Positions 1 through 12,801 of a DNA stretch of 64,000 bases are shown here, piece by piece. Each line of letters opens with the position of its first letter. The first letter of the stretch is position 1. Location: positions 320,001 to 384,000 of the forward strand of contig OY970320.1 in NCBI GenBank assembly GCA_963716745.1, written 5' to 3'. The stretch comes from an uncultured Gemmatimonadaceae bacterium. Its GTDB lineage: Bacteria; Gemmatimonadota; Gemmatimonadetes; Gemmatimonadales; Gemmatimonadaceae. The translations under genes were made by a program, and so were the position numbers. Below the pieces are notes generated by a model. The model was not told where the DNA came from, searched no databases, and was given only the letters and a program-made list of their open reading frames with translations.

Positions 1-1380
1 CGCGTTGTCGGGATTCGTGTTCTTGCCGAAGAGCACGCGCTGGATCGCCCAGAGCAGATACGCCGCTGCGAAGATGACGCCGGTCGTCGCGAGGAGCGCG
101 AAGATCGGCTGCGTCTCGAACGCACCGAGGAGCACGAGGAACTCGCCGACGAACCCGTTCGTGCCGGGGAGCGCAATGCTCGAGAGCGAGACGAGCACCA
201 GGAACGCGCCGAAGAGCGGCGCGACGCTCGTGATGCCGCCGAAGGCCGAGATGAGGTGCGTGTGCCGCCGCTCATACAGCATGCCGATGAGCAGGAAGAG
301 CGCGCCGGTCGAGATGCCGTGATTGATCATGACCATCAGCGCGCCCTGCACCCCATGGACGCTGAATGCGAAGATGCCGAGCATCACGAACCCCAGATGG
401 CTCACCGAGGAGTACGCGACCAATTTCTTGAAATCCGGTTGCACGAGCGCGACGAGCGCGCCGTAGAGGATGCCGATCACGGCGAGCGCGAGCACGACGT
501 CGCGCACCCATGGCGAGAACGCGACCATCGGGAAGAACGGCACCGCGAACCGCAGGAACCCATAGGTGCCCATCTTCAGCATGATGGACGCCAGCACCAC
601 CGAGCCGCCCGTTGGCGCCTCGACGTGCGCGTCGGGGAGCCACGTGTGGAACGGGAACATCGGCACTTTCACCGCGAACGCGAGCGCGAAGGCGGTGAAC
701 AGCAGCAACGACGTGCGGGGCCCGAGCGCCAGCGTGCGCATCATGTCATAGCTGAAATTCTGGCCGGCGGCGTTCCACATGTAGATGATCGCGACCAGCA
801 TGAGCAGCGACCCGATCATCGTGTAGATGAAGAACTTCACGCTGGAGTAGATGCGCCGCTCTCCGCCCCAGATGCCGATGATGAAGTACATCGGCACGAG
901 CATGACCTCCCACATCACGTAGAAGAACAGCATGTCGAGCGCCATGAACACGCCGAGCATGCCGGTGGTGAGCACGAGCATGAGGCCGTAGTACGTGCGC
1001 AACTTCTTGCGCACGCTCGTCCATCCGCCGAGCACGACGAGCGGCATGAGGAACGTCGTCAACAGGATCATGAAGAGCGAGATCCCGTCGATGCCGAGCG
1101 CGATGTTCGCGTGCCACGTGGGAATCCATTCGAAGCTGCGATAACTCTGCCAGTCGCGCGAAATCGGATCGAACGTCCACCAAAGCCCCAGGCTCACCAC
1201 GAATTCCGCCAGGAACGTCAGGAGCGCGATCCAGCGCGCAAAGCCGGCTTGCTCAATGCTGCCGTCATCACGCGTGAAAGCGCCCAGGATGAACAGCGCC
1301 GCGGCCCCCACCAGCGGAATGATGAGCAGCGCCGGCAGTACCCAGTATGCGTATCCGGTTGAGAGCAGGAATTCACGCAT
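1..1380 (-). CDS. nuoM: NADH-quinone oxidoreductase subunit M (3' end runs off the window)
   Basis: Manual translation from ATG at 1380 gives MREFLLSTGYAYWVLP...GIDGISL...FYVMWEVMLVPMYFIIGIWG...FAVKVPMFPFHTWLPDAHVEAPTGGSVVLASIMLKMGTYG (NuoM motifs). It lies directly downstream of nuoL and is absent from the ORF track because no stop is in the window. Confidence 0.96.
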   Translation of the reverse strand, partial: MREFLLSTGYAYWVLPALLIIPLVGAAALFILGAFTRDDGSIEQAGFARWIALLTFLAEFVVSLGLWWTFDPISRDWQSYRSFEWIPTWHANIALGIDGISLFMILLTTFLMPLVVLGGWTSVRKKLRTYYGLMLVLTTGMLGVFMALDMLFFYVMWEVMLVPMYFIIGIWGGERRIYSSVKFFIYTMIGSLLMLVAIIYMWNAAGQNFSYDMMRTLALGPRTSLLLFTAFALAFAVKVPMFPFHTWLPDAHVEAPTGGSVVLASIMLKMGTYGFLRFAVPFFPMVAFSPWVRDVVLALAVIGILYGALVALVQPDFKKLVAYSSVSHLGFVMLGIFAFSVHGVQGALMVMINHGISTGALFLLIGMLYERRHTHLISAFGGITSVAPLFGAFLVLVSLSSIALPGTNGFVGEFLVLLGAFETQPIFALLATTGVIFAAAYLLWAIQRVLFGKNTNPDNA

Positions 1381-1383
1381 GGG

Positions 1384-3566
<2,183 letters not shown>

Positions 3567-3570
<4 letters not shown>

Positions 3571-3860
3571 CCTTTCAGGAGATTGATGTTGCGGAGATCG
3601 ACACTCTCATAGTGCCGGAAGATCGAGATGATGATCGCCAATCCCACCGCCGCCTCGGCCGCCGCCACGGTCATCACGAAGATCACGAACACTTGGCCGC
3701 CCACGCCGTGCAGCCGCGAGAACGCCACGAACGAGAGGTTCACCGCGTTGAGCATCAGCTCCACGCACATGAAGATCACGATCGCGTTGCGACGCGTGAG
3801 CACGCCCACGACCCCGATCACGAACAGCACGGCGGAGAAGAAGATCGCTTCGGTGACCAT
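3567..3860 (-). CDS. nuoK: NADH-quinone oxidoreductase subunit K
   Basis: 97 aa with [20 protein letters not shown] and [11 protein letters not shown]. Confidence 0.97.
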
Positions 3861-3863
3861 CGC

Positions 3864-4376
3864 TCACACCCTCCGCTTGGCGAGCACCACCGCGCCGACG
3901 ATCGCGGCGAGGAGCAGCACGCTCGTGAGTTCGAAGGGGAGCAGGTACTCCCGGAAGAGCGGGCCCGCGATCGCGGTGGTGACGTTCGCATTGGCCAACG
4001 GCGCGTCCAGCAACGGCGGCAGCTTCGCGCGCGCGAGCACGAGCACTTCCGCGAGCATCGCCAGTCCCACGATCCCGGCGGTGATGCGCACGCCGCGGCC
4101 GCGGAGATCCGCGATGTCCGACGGTTTGCCGAGATTCAGCAGCATCACCACGAACATGAACACGACCATGATGGCGCCGGCGTACACCAGCACCTGGATC
4201 GCCGCGATGAACTGGGCGTCGAGCATCAGGAACATCGCCGAGATGCAGAACATCACGTTCACCAGCCAGAGCGCGGCCGCCACAGGACTCTTGCGCGTGA
4301 CGAACACCAGCGCCCCCGCCACCGCGAGGATGCCGAAGAGATAGAAATGGAACTGGAAGACCAGACCGTGGTTCAT
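3864..4376 (-). CDS. nuoJ: NADH-quinone oxidoreductase subunit J
   Basis: QVLVYAGAIMVVFMFVVMLL and YLLPFELTSVLLL; ATG at 4376 overlaps the nuoI stop (ATGA). Confidence 0.95.
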   Translation of the reverse strand: MNHGLVFQFHFYLFGILAVAGALVFVTRKSPVAAALWLVNVMFCISAMFLMLDAQFIAAIQVLVYAGAIMVVFMFVVMLLNLGKPSDIADLRGRGVRITAGIVGLAMLAEVLVLARAKLPPLLDAPLANANVTTAIAGPLFREYLLPFELTSVLLLAAIVGAVVLAKRRV

Positions 4377-4870
4377 TCGCCCTTCGGGTAGGCGGGATCC
4401 CACAGTTCCGACACCGGATGCGTCTGCGCCATCAGCCGCGGCAGATCGTACACGAAGCTGTCGCGGCTGTACTCCGCGTTCTCATAGTGCCGCCCCACGT
4501 GGATCGCCTCCTCAGGGCACACCTCCTGGCAGTAGCCGCAGAAGATGCAGCGGAACTCATCGATCTCGTACACGAGCGGATAGCGGTTCCCTTCCTCATC
4601 CTCGCCCGGCACGAGCTTGATGCAGTTCGCCGGGCACACTTGGGGACAGAGTCCGCAGGCGACGCATTTCGCTTTGCCCGTCTCGTCGGTGAGCATCCGG
4701 TGCGTGCCGCGCCAGCGCGGCGAGAGATCCCATTTCTGCTCGGGGAACTCCAGCGTCACCTTGTGCGGATTCACCATGTGCTTGAAGGTGAGCGCGAGGC
4801 CGCTCAGCATCGCGCGCACGTAGCTCGCGTCGGGGATCGGCCGCGGAAGGACTCTCACCTGGATCGGCAT
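4373..4870 (-). CDS. nuoI: NADH-quinone oxidoreductase subunit I
   Basis: Two CxxCxxCxxxCP ferredoxin motifs (CVACGLCPQVCP, CIFCGYCQEVCP). Confidence 0.97.
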   Translation of the reverse strand: MPIQVRVLPRPIPDASYVRAMLSGLALTFKHMVNPHKVTLEFPEQKWDLSPRWRGTHRMLTDETGKAKCVACGLCPQVCPANCIKLVPGEDEEGNRYPLVYEIDEFRCIFCGYCQEVCPEEAIHVGRHYENAEYSRDSFVYDLPRLMAQTHPVSELWDPAYPKGE

Positions 4871-4871
4871 G

Positions 4872-6200
4872 TCAGTCGCGCTCCGGCGCCGGCGGGGAGA
4901 TGGGAGACGGCACGCTCATCGCGCGCAGCGCGGCGAGTTGGCGCATCGAGATACGCGAATACGCCGGACTCACGATGCGCCCGCGGTCGAGAATGAAGAA
5001 CACGCCGATGGCCATCAGCACGTTGAGCACGCCCATGATGCCCCAGAACGGCGAGATGCCGAGCTGATACAGGACGCCGCTCGATGGAACCGCGCGGTTG
5101 ATCTCGAGGGCGTCGAGCGCGAGGATGGTCGTCGCGGTGATCGTGATGTAGCCGAGCGCGAGCGGCAGCAGGAAGCGCCACCCGAGCGACATGAGTTGAT
5201 CGTAGCGGAAGCGCGGCAGCGTCCAGCGCACCCACATGAAGGAGAAGAGGAAGAACACCATCTTGGCCGCGAAGAACGCCATGGTCGCGAGGCTTTTGAG
5301 CACGGTCCACGGCGGCACGTTGTCCCACTGCGTGCCGGGGATGTCCCACCCGCCCCAGAACAGCGTGACCATGAGCGCGCACACGGTCACCATGTTCGAA
5401 TACTCGGCGATGAAGAACATCGAGAACTTCATGGCGCTGTACTCGGTGTGATAACCCGCGATCAACTCCGATTCCGCCTCGGGGAGATCGAAGGGCAGCC
5501 GGTTCGTCTCGGCGAAGCCCGCCACGAGGAAGATGAACATCCCGATGAGCAGCGGGAAGCAATTCCAGCCCATCGTCTGCTGTTGGTGCACGACCGCGCC
5601 CAGCGACACGTTGCCCGACAGCAGCAGCACCGTCACGAGCGACATGCCCATGGCGATCTCGTAGCTCACCATTTGCGCGCTCGAGCGGAGGCCACCCAGC
5701 AGCGCGTACTTGTTGTTCGAGCTCCACCCCGCGAGCACCACGCCGTACACGCCGATCGATGAGACCGCGATGATGAACAGGAACCCGATCGGCACATCGG
5801 CGATCACGAGCGGCACGTAGCCCCACCGCGTCGGCCACGGTGCGCCAAAGGGGATCACGGAGAACGTCATGAGCGCCGGGATGAACGAGAGCAGCGGCGC
5901 GAGGATGAACAGCGCCATGTTCGCGCCGTCGGGATACGTCTCCTCTTTCATGATGTTCTTGAGCCCGTCGGCCGCCGGCTGCAGCAGGCCGCTCGGGCCC
6001 ACGCGATTCGGGCCGTAACGGTCCTGGATCCACGCCGAGATCTTGCGCTCGGCGAGCGTGAGCATCGCAACGCCCACCATCAGGATCGTGAACACAATGA
6101 GCATCTTCACGATCGAAGCCACGAGCCAAGGCACGCCGGTCACCACGGCGTTCGAGTCCCAGTATTGCTGCATCGCGAGCACCGCGAAGGTTCCGGTCAT
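4872..6200 (-). CDS. nuoH: NADH-quinone oxidoreductase subunit H
   Basis: ERKISAWIQDRYGPNRVGP, LRSSAQMVSYE, AETNRLPFDLPEAESEL and RWTLPRFRYDQLM; ATG at 6200 overlaps the nuoG stop. Confidence 0.96.
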   Translation of the reverse strand: MTGTFAVLAMQQYWDSNAVVTGVPWLVASIVKMLIVFTILMVGVAMLTLAERKISAWIQDRYGPNRVGPSGLLQPAADGLKNIMKEETYPDGANMALFILAPLLSFIPALMTFSVIPFGAPWPTRWGYVPLVIADVPIGFLFIIAVSSIGVYGVVLAGWSSNNKYALLGGLRSSAQMVSYEIAMGMSLVTVLLLSGNVSLGAVVHQQQTMGWNCFPLLIGMFIFLVAGFAETNRLPFDLPEAESELIAGYHTEYSAMKFSMFFIAEYSNMVTVCALMVTLFWGGWDIPGTQWDNVPPWTVLKSLATMAFFAAKMVFFLFSFMWVRWTLPRFRYDQLMSLGWRFLLPLALGYITITATTILALDALEINRAVPSSGVLYQLGISPFWGIMGVLNVLMAIGVFFILDRGRIVSPAYSRISMRQLAALRAMSVPSPISPPAPERD

Positions 6201-7774
6201 CGCGCCGCACCCGCCGGAGCCGCCGCGCCGTTCACCGTCTTGCCCGAGAGCGCGAGACCGCCGTAGCTCATCCCCGAGAATTCCGAGCGCGCCGCGGCAA
6301 GGGCCGCGAAGGCGTCGCTCGCAGTGAAGTAGTTCGCGCTCTCGCCCAGATACGCGAGCAGATCGGCCATCGCCCACCACACGGGACGCGCCATGCCCGG
6401 CGCGGCCTTCGCCTGCTGATAGCGCTGCACGCGGCCGCGGAGATTCACGAAGGTCCCGTCCTCCTCTGCCATGTTCGTGGCCGGCAGCGCGATGATCGCG
6501 CTCCGCATCGCCTCAGTGAGGTGCGTACCGATCACGATCACCGTGCCGGCGCGCGCCATGGCGGCGCTGTCGGCGTCGCTCAGTTCGTGACCGGCCACGA
6601 GGAGCACGTCGCCCTGCTGGATCCCATCGAACGGCCGCTCAGAGCGCGTGAAGCCGAACATCTCCGCCGCGCGCGCGTTGGCCGCCCGCTCGGCGCGCAG
6701 CGCGAGATCCTTCACGCCGGGCAGCGGTGCTTCCGGGCCCTGCTGCACTCGGAACGTGCCGCGCCCGCCCGTCTTCTTCACGAGACGAGAGATCATCCAG
6801 AGCGACTCGGTGGAGAGCTTCGGATCCACGACGGCATGCACGCGCTTACCGTTCAGATGCATGGCGGCCGCACGCAGCGCGGTCTCCCAATCGGCCGCCG
6901 TGAGACGGTCGCCATGATGCTTCACGAGCGGCGCTTCCAGCCGGTCGGTGCGATTGTAACCGTGATAGTCGAACCGCCCGGTGTCGCAGATGAAGAACTG
7001 GTTCACCTCGGCGTTCTGCCGCGGCTTGATGCGCACCACCATGTTGTCGCGCGTCTCGAGCGTGGTGTTGCAGCCCTGCGAGCAGCCCGGGCAGATGCTC
7101 GGCGCGCGATCCAGCTCCCACGCGCGCGCCTTGTTCAGGAAGTCCTTCGAGACGAGCGCGCCAACCGGGCACAGATCGATCACGTTGGCGGCCCACGGAT
7201 TCGTGAGATCGCGCCCCTCGAACTTGCCGATCACCGCACGGTCGCCGCGCTCGCTCACGTTCAGCACATTGTCGTGCGCCACATCGTCCATGAAGCGCAC
7301 GCACCGCGTGCACAGGATGCACCGGTTGGTGACGTACATGACGTCGCCGCCGAAATCCTCCGCCGGAGTGAAGCGCTTCGGTTCCGGCCCCAACCGCCCT
7401 TCGGCGCGCCCTTCGCGGAACACATAGTCCTGCAGCTCGCACTCGCCGGCCTGGTCGCAGATCGGGCAGTCGAGCGGATGATTGATCAGCAGGAACTCGA
7501 GCACGCCCTTGCGCGCTTCGAGCGCTGCGGGCGAGTACACGTGCACCACCTGCCCTTCACCCGCGGCCGTCGCACACGCGGGCGCGAGCTTCGGCGCCTT
7601 CTCCACTTCCACCAGACACATGCGGCACACGCCCGCGATCGGCAGCGACGGGTGGTAGCAATAATGCGGGATGAGCACGCCCGCGAACTTCGCGGCCTCG
7701 AGGATCGACGTGCCCGCCGGCACGCTCACCGCGCGCCCTTCGATCGTGAGGTTCACCACGCCCGCGTCCGCCAT
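6197..7774 (-). CDS. nuoG: NADH-quinone oxidoreductase subunit G (short, 525 aa)
   Basis: IPHYCYHP, CRMCLVE, HPLDCPICDQAGECELQD, RCILCTRCVRF and DLCPVGAL; start MADAGV at 7774 overlaps the nuoF stop. Confidence 0.95.
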   Translation of the reverse strand: MADAGVVNLTIEGRAVSVPAGTSILEAAKFAGVLIPHYCYHPSLPIAGVCRMCLVEVEKAPKLAPACATAAGEGQVVHVYSPAALEARKGVLEFLLINHPLDCPICDQAGECELQDYVFREGRAEGRLGPEPKRFTPAEDFGGDVMYVTNRCILCTRCVRFMDDVAHDNVLNVSERGDRAVIGKFEGRDLTNPWAANVIDLCPVGALVSKDFLNKARAWELDRAPSICPGCSQGCNTTLETRDNMVVRIKPRQNAEVNQFFICDTGRFDYHGYNRTDRLEAPLVKHHGDRLTAADWETALRAAAMHLNGKRVHAVVDPKLSTESLWMISRLVKKTGGRGTFRVQQGPEAPLPGVKDLALRAERAANARAAEMFGFTRSERPFDGIQQGDVLLVAGHELSDADSAAMARAGTVIVIGTHLTEAMRSAIIALPATNMAEEDGTFVNLRGRVQRYQQAKAAPGMARPVWWAMADLLAYLGESANYFTASDAFAALAAARSEFSGMSYGGLALSGKTVNGAAAPAGAAR

Positions 7775-9084
7775 CAGGCCGCCGCCGCGCTCAGCGGGCA
7801 GGCCTTGCCGCTGATGTGCGCCTCGAACTCGTGCCGGAACTTCTGGATGCCGCTCACGATCGGCGCCGCGCACGAGTCGCTCAGCACGCAGATCGTCTTG
7901 CCCGTCATGCTGTCCGACAGCTCGAGGAGCGTGTCGAGATCCTGCTTCGTGCCGCCGCCGGCCTCGATGCGGTTCAGGATGCGCGTGGTCCACGCCGTCC
8001 CCTCGCGGCACTGGGTGCACTGCGCGCAGCTCTCGTGCGCATAGAAGCGCGCGAGCCGCGCGATCATCTTCACCATGCACACCGAATCGTCGAACACGAT
8101 CACGCCGCCCGAGCCGAGCATCGTGCCTTTGGCGACGAAGCCCTCATAGTCCATGAGCGTCGCCTCGGCCTCTTCCATCGTTTGGATGGGCACGGACGAA
8201 CCTCCCGGGATCACGGCCTTGAAGCGCCGGCCGGGCAGCGGGCCGCCGCACAGGTCGTAGAGGAAATCCTTGAACGGGAAGCCGAGCGTCACTTCGTAAT
8301 TGCCGGGGCGCGCAATGTTGCCGCACACCGAGAAGAGCTTGCTCCCCGTGCTCTTGGGGCTCGAGAGCGACAGCGCCTTGTACCACGCCGCTCCATTCGA
8401 GAGGATGTGCGGCACGGCGCACAGCGTTTCGACGTTGTTGATCGTGGTGGGCATGCCGAACACGCCCGCGACGGCCGGGAATGGCGGCTTGATCCGCGGG
8501 TTGCCGCGCTTGCCCTCCAGCGAATTCATGAGCGCCGTCTCTTCGCCGCAGATGTACGCGCCCGCGCCGCGATGCACGTGCATCTCCAGGCGATGGGCGG
8601 TGCCCATCGCGCGCGCGCCGAGGATGCCGGCGGCGTACGCTTCCTTGATCGCGGCCTCCATCGTCGTCACGCACTCGGTGAATTCGCCGCGAATGTAGAT
8701 GTACGTCGTCTCCGCACCAATGGCGTGCGCCGCGATCGCCGCGCCTTCCACGAGCGCGTGCGGCGTCCAGCGCATCAGTTCGCGGTCCTTGAACGTGCCC
8801 GGCTCGGACTCGTCGGCGTTCACGCAGAGGTAGTGCGGCTTGCCGTCGCCCGGCTTCATGAACGACCACTTCATGCCCGTGGGGAATCCGGCGCCGCCGC
8901 GGCCGCGCAGCCCCGATTCCTTCACGACGTTCACGATGTCGGCGGGCGACATGCCGAGCGCCTGCTCGAGCGCACGGTAGCCGCCGCGCTGCTTCCAGCC
9001 CTCGAGCGTCTTCGCCTGCGGATCGCCGAAGTGCTTCGAGAGCACCGGCGTCTCCTTGGGGTGCGAACGATGCGGATAACCCAT
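7774..9084 (-). CDS. nuoF: NADH-quinone oxidoreductase subunit F
   Basis: SGLRGRGGAGFPTG, NADESEPGTFKDR, GAGAYICGEETAL and ESCAQCTQCREG. Confidence 0.97.
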   Translation of the reverse strand: MGYPHRSHPKETPVLSKHFGDPQAKTLEGWKQRGGYRALEQALGMSPADIVNVVKESGLRGRGGAGFPTGMKWSFMKPGDGKPHYLCVNADESEPGTFKDRELMRWTPHALVEGAAIAAHAIGAETTYIYIRGEFTECVTTMEAAIKEAYAAGILGARAMGTAHRLEMHVHRGAGAYICGEETALMNSLEGKRGNPRIKPPFPAVAGVFGMPTTINNVETLCAVPHILSNGAAWYKALSLSSPKSTGSKLFSVCGNIARPGNYEVTLGFPFKDFLYDLCGGPLPGRRFKAVIPGGSSVPIQTMEEAEATLMDYEGFVAKGTMLGSGGVIVFDDSVCMVKMIARLARFYAHESCAQCTQCREGTAWTTRILNRIEAGGGTKQDLDTLLELSDSMTGKTICVLSDSCAAPIVSGIQKFRHEFEAHISGKACPLSAAAA

Positions 9085-9587
9085 TAGCGATACTGGCTCA
9101 GCAGCTGGGGGACTTTGTCGGGCGTCACGGATTCGACGAACTCATCGTTCACCATCACCGGCGTCGCGAAGCCGCACGCGCCGAGACATTCCACTTCGAT
9201 CACGGTGAAGCGCCCGTCGGGCGACGTCGCGCCAAGCTCACCGCAGCCCGTGTGCTTGAGCATCGCCTCCACCACCTTCTCGGCGCCGCACGCGCCGCAC
9301 GGCGAGGTGGTGCACACCTGAATGAAATTCTTCCCCACCGGATGCTGGTGGTACATGGTGTAGAACGTGACCACGCCCTTCACGTACGCGGGCGTCAGCT
9401 CGAGCTGCTCGGCCACCTCCACCATCCCATCGTCGCTCACCCAACCGCGTTCGCGCTGAACGATCCAGAGCGCGGGCAGGAGCGCCGCCATCTTGGTGGG
9501 ATAGCGCGCCAGGATGCCGTTCAATTCCTGCTGCGCCGCACCGGTGAAGACTTTCCGGTAGGCCTCGGCGGTCTCGTGAGCGCTCAC
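9084..9587 (-). CDS. nuoE: NADH-quinone oxidoreductase subunit E
   Basis: VVTFYTMY, VCTTSPC...VECLGAC 2Fe-2S ligands; GTG start at 9587 overlaps the nuoD stop. Confidence 0.95.
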   Translation of the reverse strand: MSAHETAEAYRKVFTGAAQQELNGILARYPTKMAALLPALWIVQRERGWVSDDGMVEVAEQLELTPAYVKGVVTFYTMYHQHPVGKNFIQVCTTSPCGACGAEKVVEAMLKHTGCGELGATSPDGRFTVIEVECLGACGFATPVMVNDEFVESVTPDKVPQLLSQYR

Positions 9588-10894
9588 CGGTCGATCTCCC
9601 CCATGACAATGTCGATGCTCGCGTTGATCGCGATGACGTCGGAGAGCAGATGCCCTTCGACCATCTTCGGGATGGCGGAGAGGTTCACGAAGCTCGGCGG
9701 CCGGATGCGCCAGCGCACCGGCTTCGCCGAGCCGTCCGAGACCATGTAGTAGCCCTTCTCCCCCTTCGGGCTCTCGACCGCGACGTACGATTCCCCGATC
9801 GGCGGACGCGGGCCTTCCATGATCTGCTTGAAGTGATGGATCATCGATTCCATGTCGCTCATCGCCTTGCTCTTCGGCGGCAGCACCACGCGATGGTCGG
9901 CGCTGTTCACCGGCCCATCGGGCAGCCGCTCGAGCGCTTGCGCGAGGATGCGCGTGCTCTGGCGCAGCTCCTCGAGGCGCACGAGGAAACGATCGTACAC
10001 ATCGCCCTGCGATCCCACGGGAACGGTGAAGTCGTACGTCTCGTAGTCGAGATACGGGAAGTCCTTGCGCACGTCGTACGCGACGCCGCTCGCGCGGAGC
10101 ATCGGGCCCGAGAGGCCGCAGTTGGTCGCTTCCTCCGCCGACAGCGCGCCGAGTCCGATCGTGCGGCCGATCCAGATCGCGTTGCGCGTGAGCATGCGAT
10201 CCACTTCGTCGATCGTCTTCGGGAACGTCTGCACGAAGTGGCGCAGCTGCTCGGTCCAGCCATCGGGGATATCGGCCGCCATGCCGCCGACACGCGTCGC
10301 GCTCGTCGTGAGCCGCGCGCCCACCCAGCTCTCGAGCATGTTGTAGACGTTCTCGCGCTCCTGGAAGCTCCACAGGAACGGCGTGAACGCGCCGATATCG
10401 ATGCACGTCGTGCCGAGCCATACGAGATGCGAGATGATCCGCGACAATTCCATCGCGATCACGCGCAGCACAATGCAGCGCGGCGTGATCTCGATCCCGA
10501 ACAGGCGCTCCGCGCCAAGCGAGAACGCGACGTTGTTCCCGATCGAATTGAGATAATCCTCGCGGTCGGTCCACGGCACGATCTGATTGTACTGCCGGTA
10601 CTCGCCGATCTTCTCGAAGCCGCAGTGCAAGTAGCCGACATGCGGGATGCATCGCACCACCGTCTCGCCATCGAGCTCGAGCACCAGTCGGAGCACGCCG
10701 TGCGTCGCCGGGTGCTGCGGCCCGATGTTGATGAGCATATGCTCGCCCGCGAGTTCGGGTTCGAGCGCCGCCGGCGGATCCATCGTGATGACGTTGCCGC
10801 CTTCGTTCATCGTGAGCGGCGCGCGATGCGGCCGCCCCTGCGCATCGAGGCCGGATGTGCCGAGCGCCACCTCGACCGTGCGTTTCGTGGTCAT
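9584..10894 (-). CDS. nuoD: NADH-quinone oxidoreductase subunit D
   Basis: NIGPQHPATHGVLRL, GYLHCGFEK and the C-terminal DIVMGEIDR. Confidence 0.97.
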   Translation of the reverse strand: MTTKRTVEVALGTSGLDAQGRPHRAPLTMNEGGNVITMDPPAALEPELAGEHMLINIGPQHPATHGVLRLVLELDGETVVRCIPHVGYLHCGFEKIGEYRQYNQIVPWTDREDYLNSIGNNVAFSLGAERLFGIEITPRCIVLRVIAMELSRIISHLVWLGTTCIDIGAFTPFLWSFQERENVYNMLESWVGARLTTSATRVGGMAADIPDGWTEQLRHFVQTFPKTIDEVDRMLTRNAIWIGRTIGLGALSAEEATNCGLSGPMLRASGVAYDVRKDFPYLDYETYDFTVPVGSQGDVYDRFLVRLEELRQSTRILAQALERLPDGPVNSADHRVVLPPKSKAMSDMESMIHHFKQIMEGPRPPIGESYVAVESPKGEKGYYMVSDGSAKPVRWRIRPPSFVNLSAIPKMVEGHLLSDVIAINASIDIVMGEIDR

Positions 10895-10897
10895 CGG

Positions 10898-11599
10898 CTA
10901 CTCACCGGTCTTCTCACCGCTGCTGAGCCGCTCGCGCATCTCGGCGGGCAGATCCTCGAACGCTTGCGAGATCGACAGCTCTTCCATGGAGTAGCGCGCC
11001 TCCGGATTCGCCGCGAGCGCCTGGCGCAGCTGCTCGGCGCGCGAGAATCGTCCGCGCAGCGGGAAATCCTTGCGCAGCGGGAATCCCTCGCGGTACTGCT
11101 CCCACATCAGGATGCGCCGGAGATCCGGGTGGCCGCTGAAGGTGATGCCGAACATGTCGTAGCACTCGCGCTCGAGCCAATCGGCGCCCTTGTACACGGG
11201 CCACACGCTCTGCACGTCGAGTTTCGCGCCCGGGTCGAGCAGCACTTTGAGCCGCAGGAAACGCCGGAATGGAATCGACCGCAGATGCCACACGACCTCG
11301 AGCGGCTGCTCGGGGTCGCGGAATTCCACCGCCGTCACGTCGGACAGATAGTCGTATCGCTGCGTGGGATCGTCATGCAGCCAGCGGACGATCTCGAGGA
11401 GCCGCGCGCCGTCGACGATCACCGAGGTCTCGCCCCATACGACATCGGTGCGCCGCACCGCCGCGCCGAACTTCTGCTGGAGCGCCGCGGCACTCGGATT
11501 GGCCGCGCCTCCGCGATGCGGAATGTTCTTGGGCGTGACCGGCGCCGCGGCGCCCGGATCGGCGCTGCCGGGGATGACCGTGGCGATCGCGTTGCTCAC
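10898..11599 (-). CDS. nuoC: NADH-quinone oxidoreductase subunit C
   Basis: [25 protein letters not shown] and FPLRKDFPL. Confidence 0.96.
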   Translation of the reverse strand: MSNAIATVIPGSADPGAAAPVTPKNIPHRGGAANPSAAALQQKFGAAVRRTDVVWGETSVIVDGARLLEIVRWLHDDPTQRYDYLSDVTAVEFRDPEQPLEVVWHLRSIPFRRFLRLKVLLDPGAKLDVQSVWPVYKGADWLERECYDMFGITFSGHPDLRRILMWEQYREGFPLRKDFPLRGRFSRAEQLRQALAANPEARYSMEELSISQAFEDLPAEMRERLSSGEKTGE

Positions 11600-12222
11600 G
11601 TGGCCGAACGCGTCTGGTTCACGGAGTTGCCGAACGGCTCCGAGAGTTCATCGATGGCTTCCGGCGCCATGTAGAGGCCGCTCACCGGATCGGCCTCCAT
11701 CTCGTTCCGGATCGCGACGTTCGACATCCGCTCCCGCTTCACCTTCTCCTGCAGCATCATGATGCCGTAGATCAACCCTTCCGGGCGCGGCGGGCAGCCG
11801 GGCACATAGACATCCACCGGAATGATCGTGTCGATCCCCTGCACCACGGCGTAGTTGTCGAACATGCCGCCCGTACTCGCGCATGCGCCCATTGAGATGC
11901 ACCACTTCGGCTGCGGCATCTGGAGCCAGATGCGCCGGATCACCGGCGCCAACTTGAACGGCACGCGTCCCGCGCAGATGAGCAGATCGGCCTGCCGCGG
12001 CGAGAAGCTCATGCGCTCCATGCCGAAGCGCGCGAGGTCGAAGCGGCTGGCGGCCGTGGCCATGAACTCGATCGCGCAGCACGCAGTACCGAAGGGCATC
12101 GGCCAGAGTGAGTTCGCGCGCGACCAATTCACCAGGAAGTCGAGGCGCGTGGCGATCCAGCTCTCGCTCTGCTCCGGATCGTAGGTCGTGACGGACGTCG
12201 CCGGCTTGACGGTCAATCCCAT
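11596..12222 (-). CDS. nuoB: NADH-quinone oxidoreductase subunit B
   Basis: [25 protein letters not shown] and [12 protein letters not shown] at 12222. Confidence 0.97.
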   Translation of the reverse strand: MGLTVKPATSVTTYDPEQSESWIATRLDFLVNWSRANSLWPMPFGTACCAIEFMATAASRFDLARFGMERMSFSPRQADLLICAGRVPFKLAPVIRRIWLQMPQPKWCISMGACASTGGMFDNYAVVQGIDTIIPVDVYVPGCPPRPEGLIYGIMMLQEKVKRERMSNVAIRNEMEADPVSGLYMAPEAIDELSEPFGNSVNQTRSAT

Positions 12223-12617
12223 TGGAGCGCCCCCTTCTTCCAAACGTAAATGAGGCCGACGAGGAGGATGAGGATGAACACGAGCATCTCGGCGAGTCCG
12301 AAGAACGACAGCTGCCCCGACGGGCATGCGCCGGCGGCGAGCGGCACGGCGCACGAGAGCGCGCGATAGTACGCGGCCCACGGCAGCATGAACACCGTCT
12401 CGATGTCGAAGACAATGAACAGCATGGCCACCATGTAGAACTTCACGGAGAAGCGCTCGCGGGCGTCGCTGAGCGTGGGGATCCCGGACTCGTACGCTTC
12501 CTGCTTGGCGGGCGTGGGCCGCGCGCGGATCACCAATGCGGACAACGCCAGCATCATCACCCCGTTGAGGGCGACGAATCCGAACAACATCAGAATCGGG
12601 AAGTAGTCGCTGACCAT
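12213..12617 (-). CDS. nuoA: NADH-quinone oxidoreductase subunit A
   Basis: [23 protein letters not shown] and WKKGALQW. Confidence 0.96.
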   Translation of the reverse strand: MVSDYFPILMLFGFVALNGVMMLALSALVIRARPTPAKQEAYESGIPTLSDARERFSVKFYMVAMLFIVFDIETVFMLPWAAYYRALSCAVPLAAGACPSGQLSFFGLAEMLVFILILLVGLIYVWKKGALQWD

Positions 12618-12660
12618 CCGGCTCCGGCGCTGGTGACGATTTCCCTTACTCCGCGCGCGA

Positions 12661-12690
12661 AAGGTATCGCGGCGGCGGCAGCAGTGTCAA
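12661..12690 (-). promoter_or_regulatory. Putative sigma70 promoter of the nuo operon
   Basis: Minus-strand TTGACA-N18-TACCTT, ~45 nt upstream of nuoA. Confidence 0.5.
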
Positions 12691-12801
12691 CGCACGCATT
12701 TCCTCGTGTCCGGCGCTTTGCCTAGCTCTGCGCCGCGCGGTAGATTCCCGCCCGCGGCGCCGCGACTCCGCCGGCGCGCCACTCCCTCTTGCCCGCCCCC
12801 G

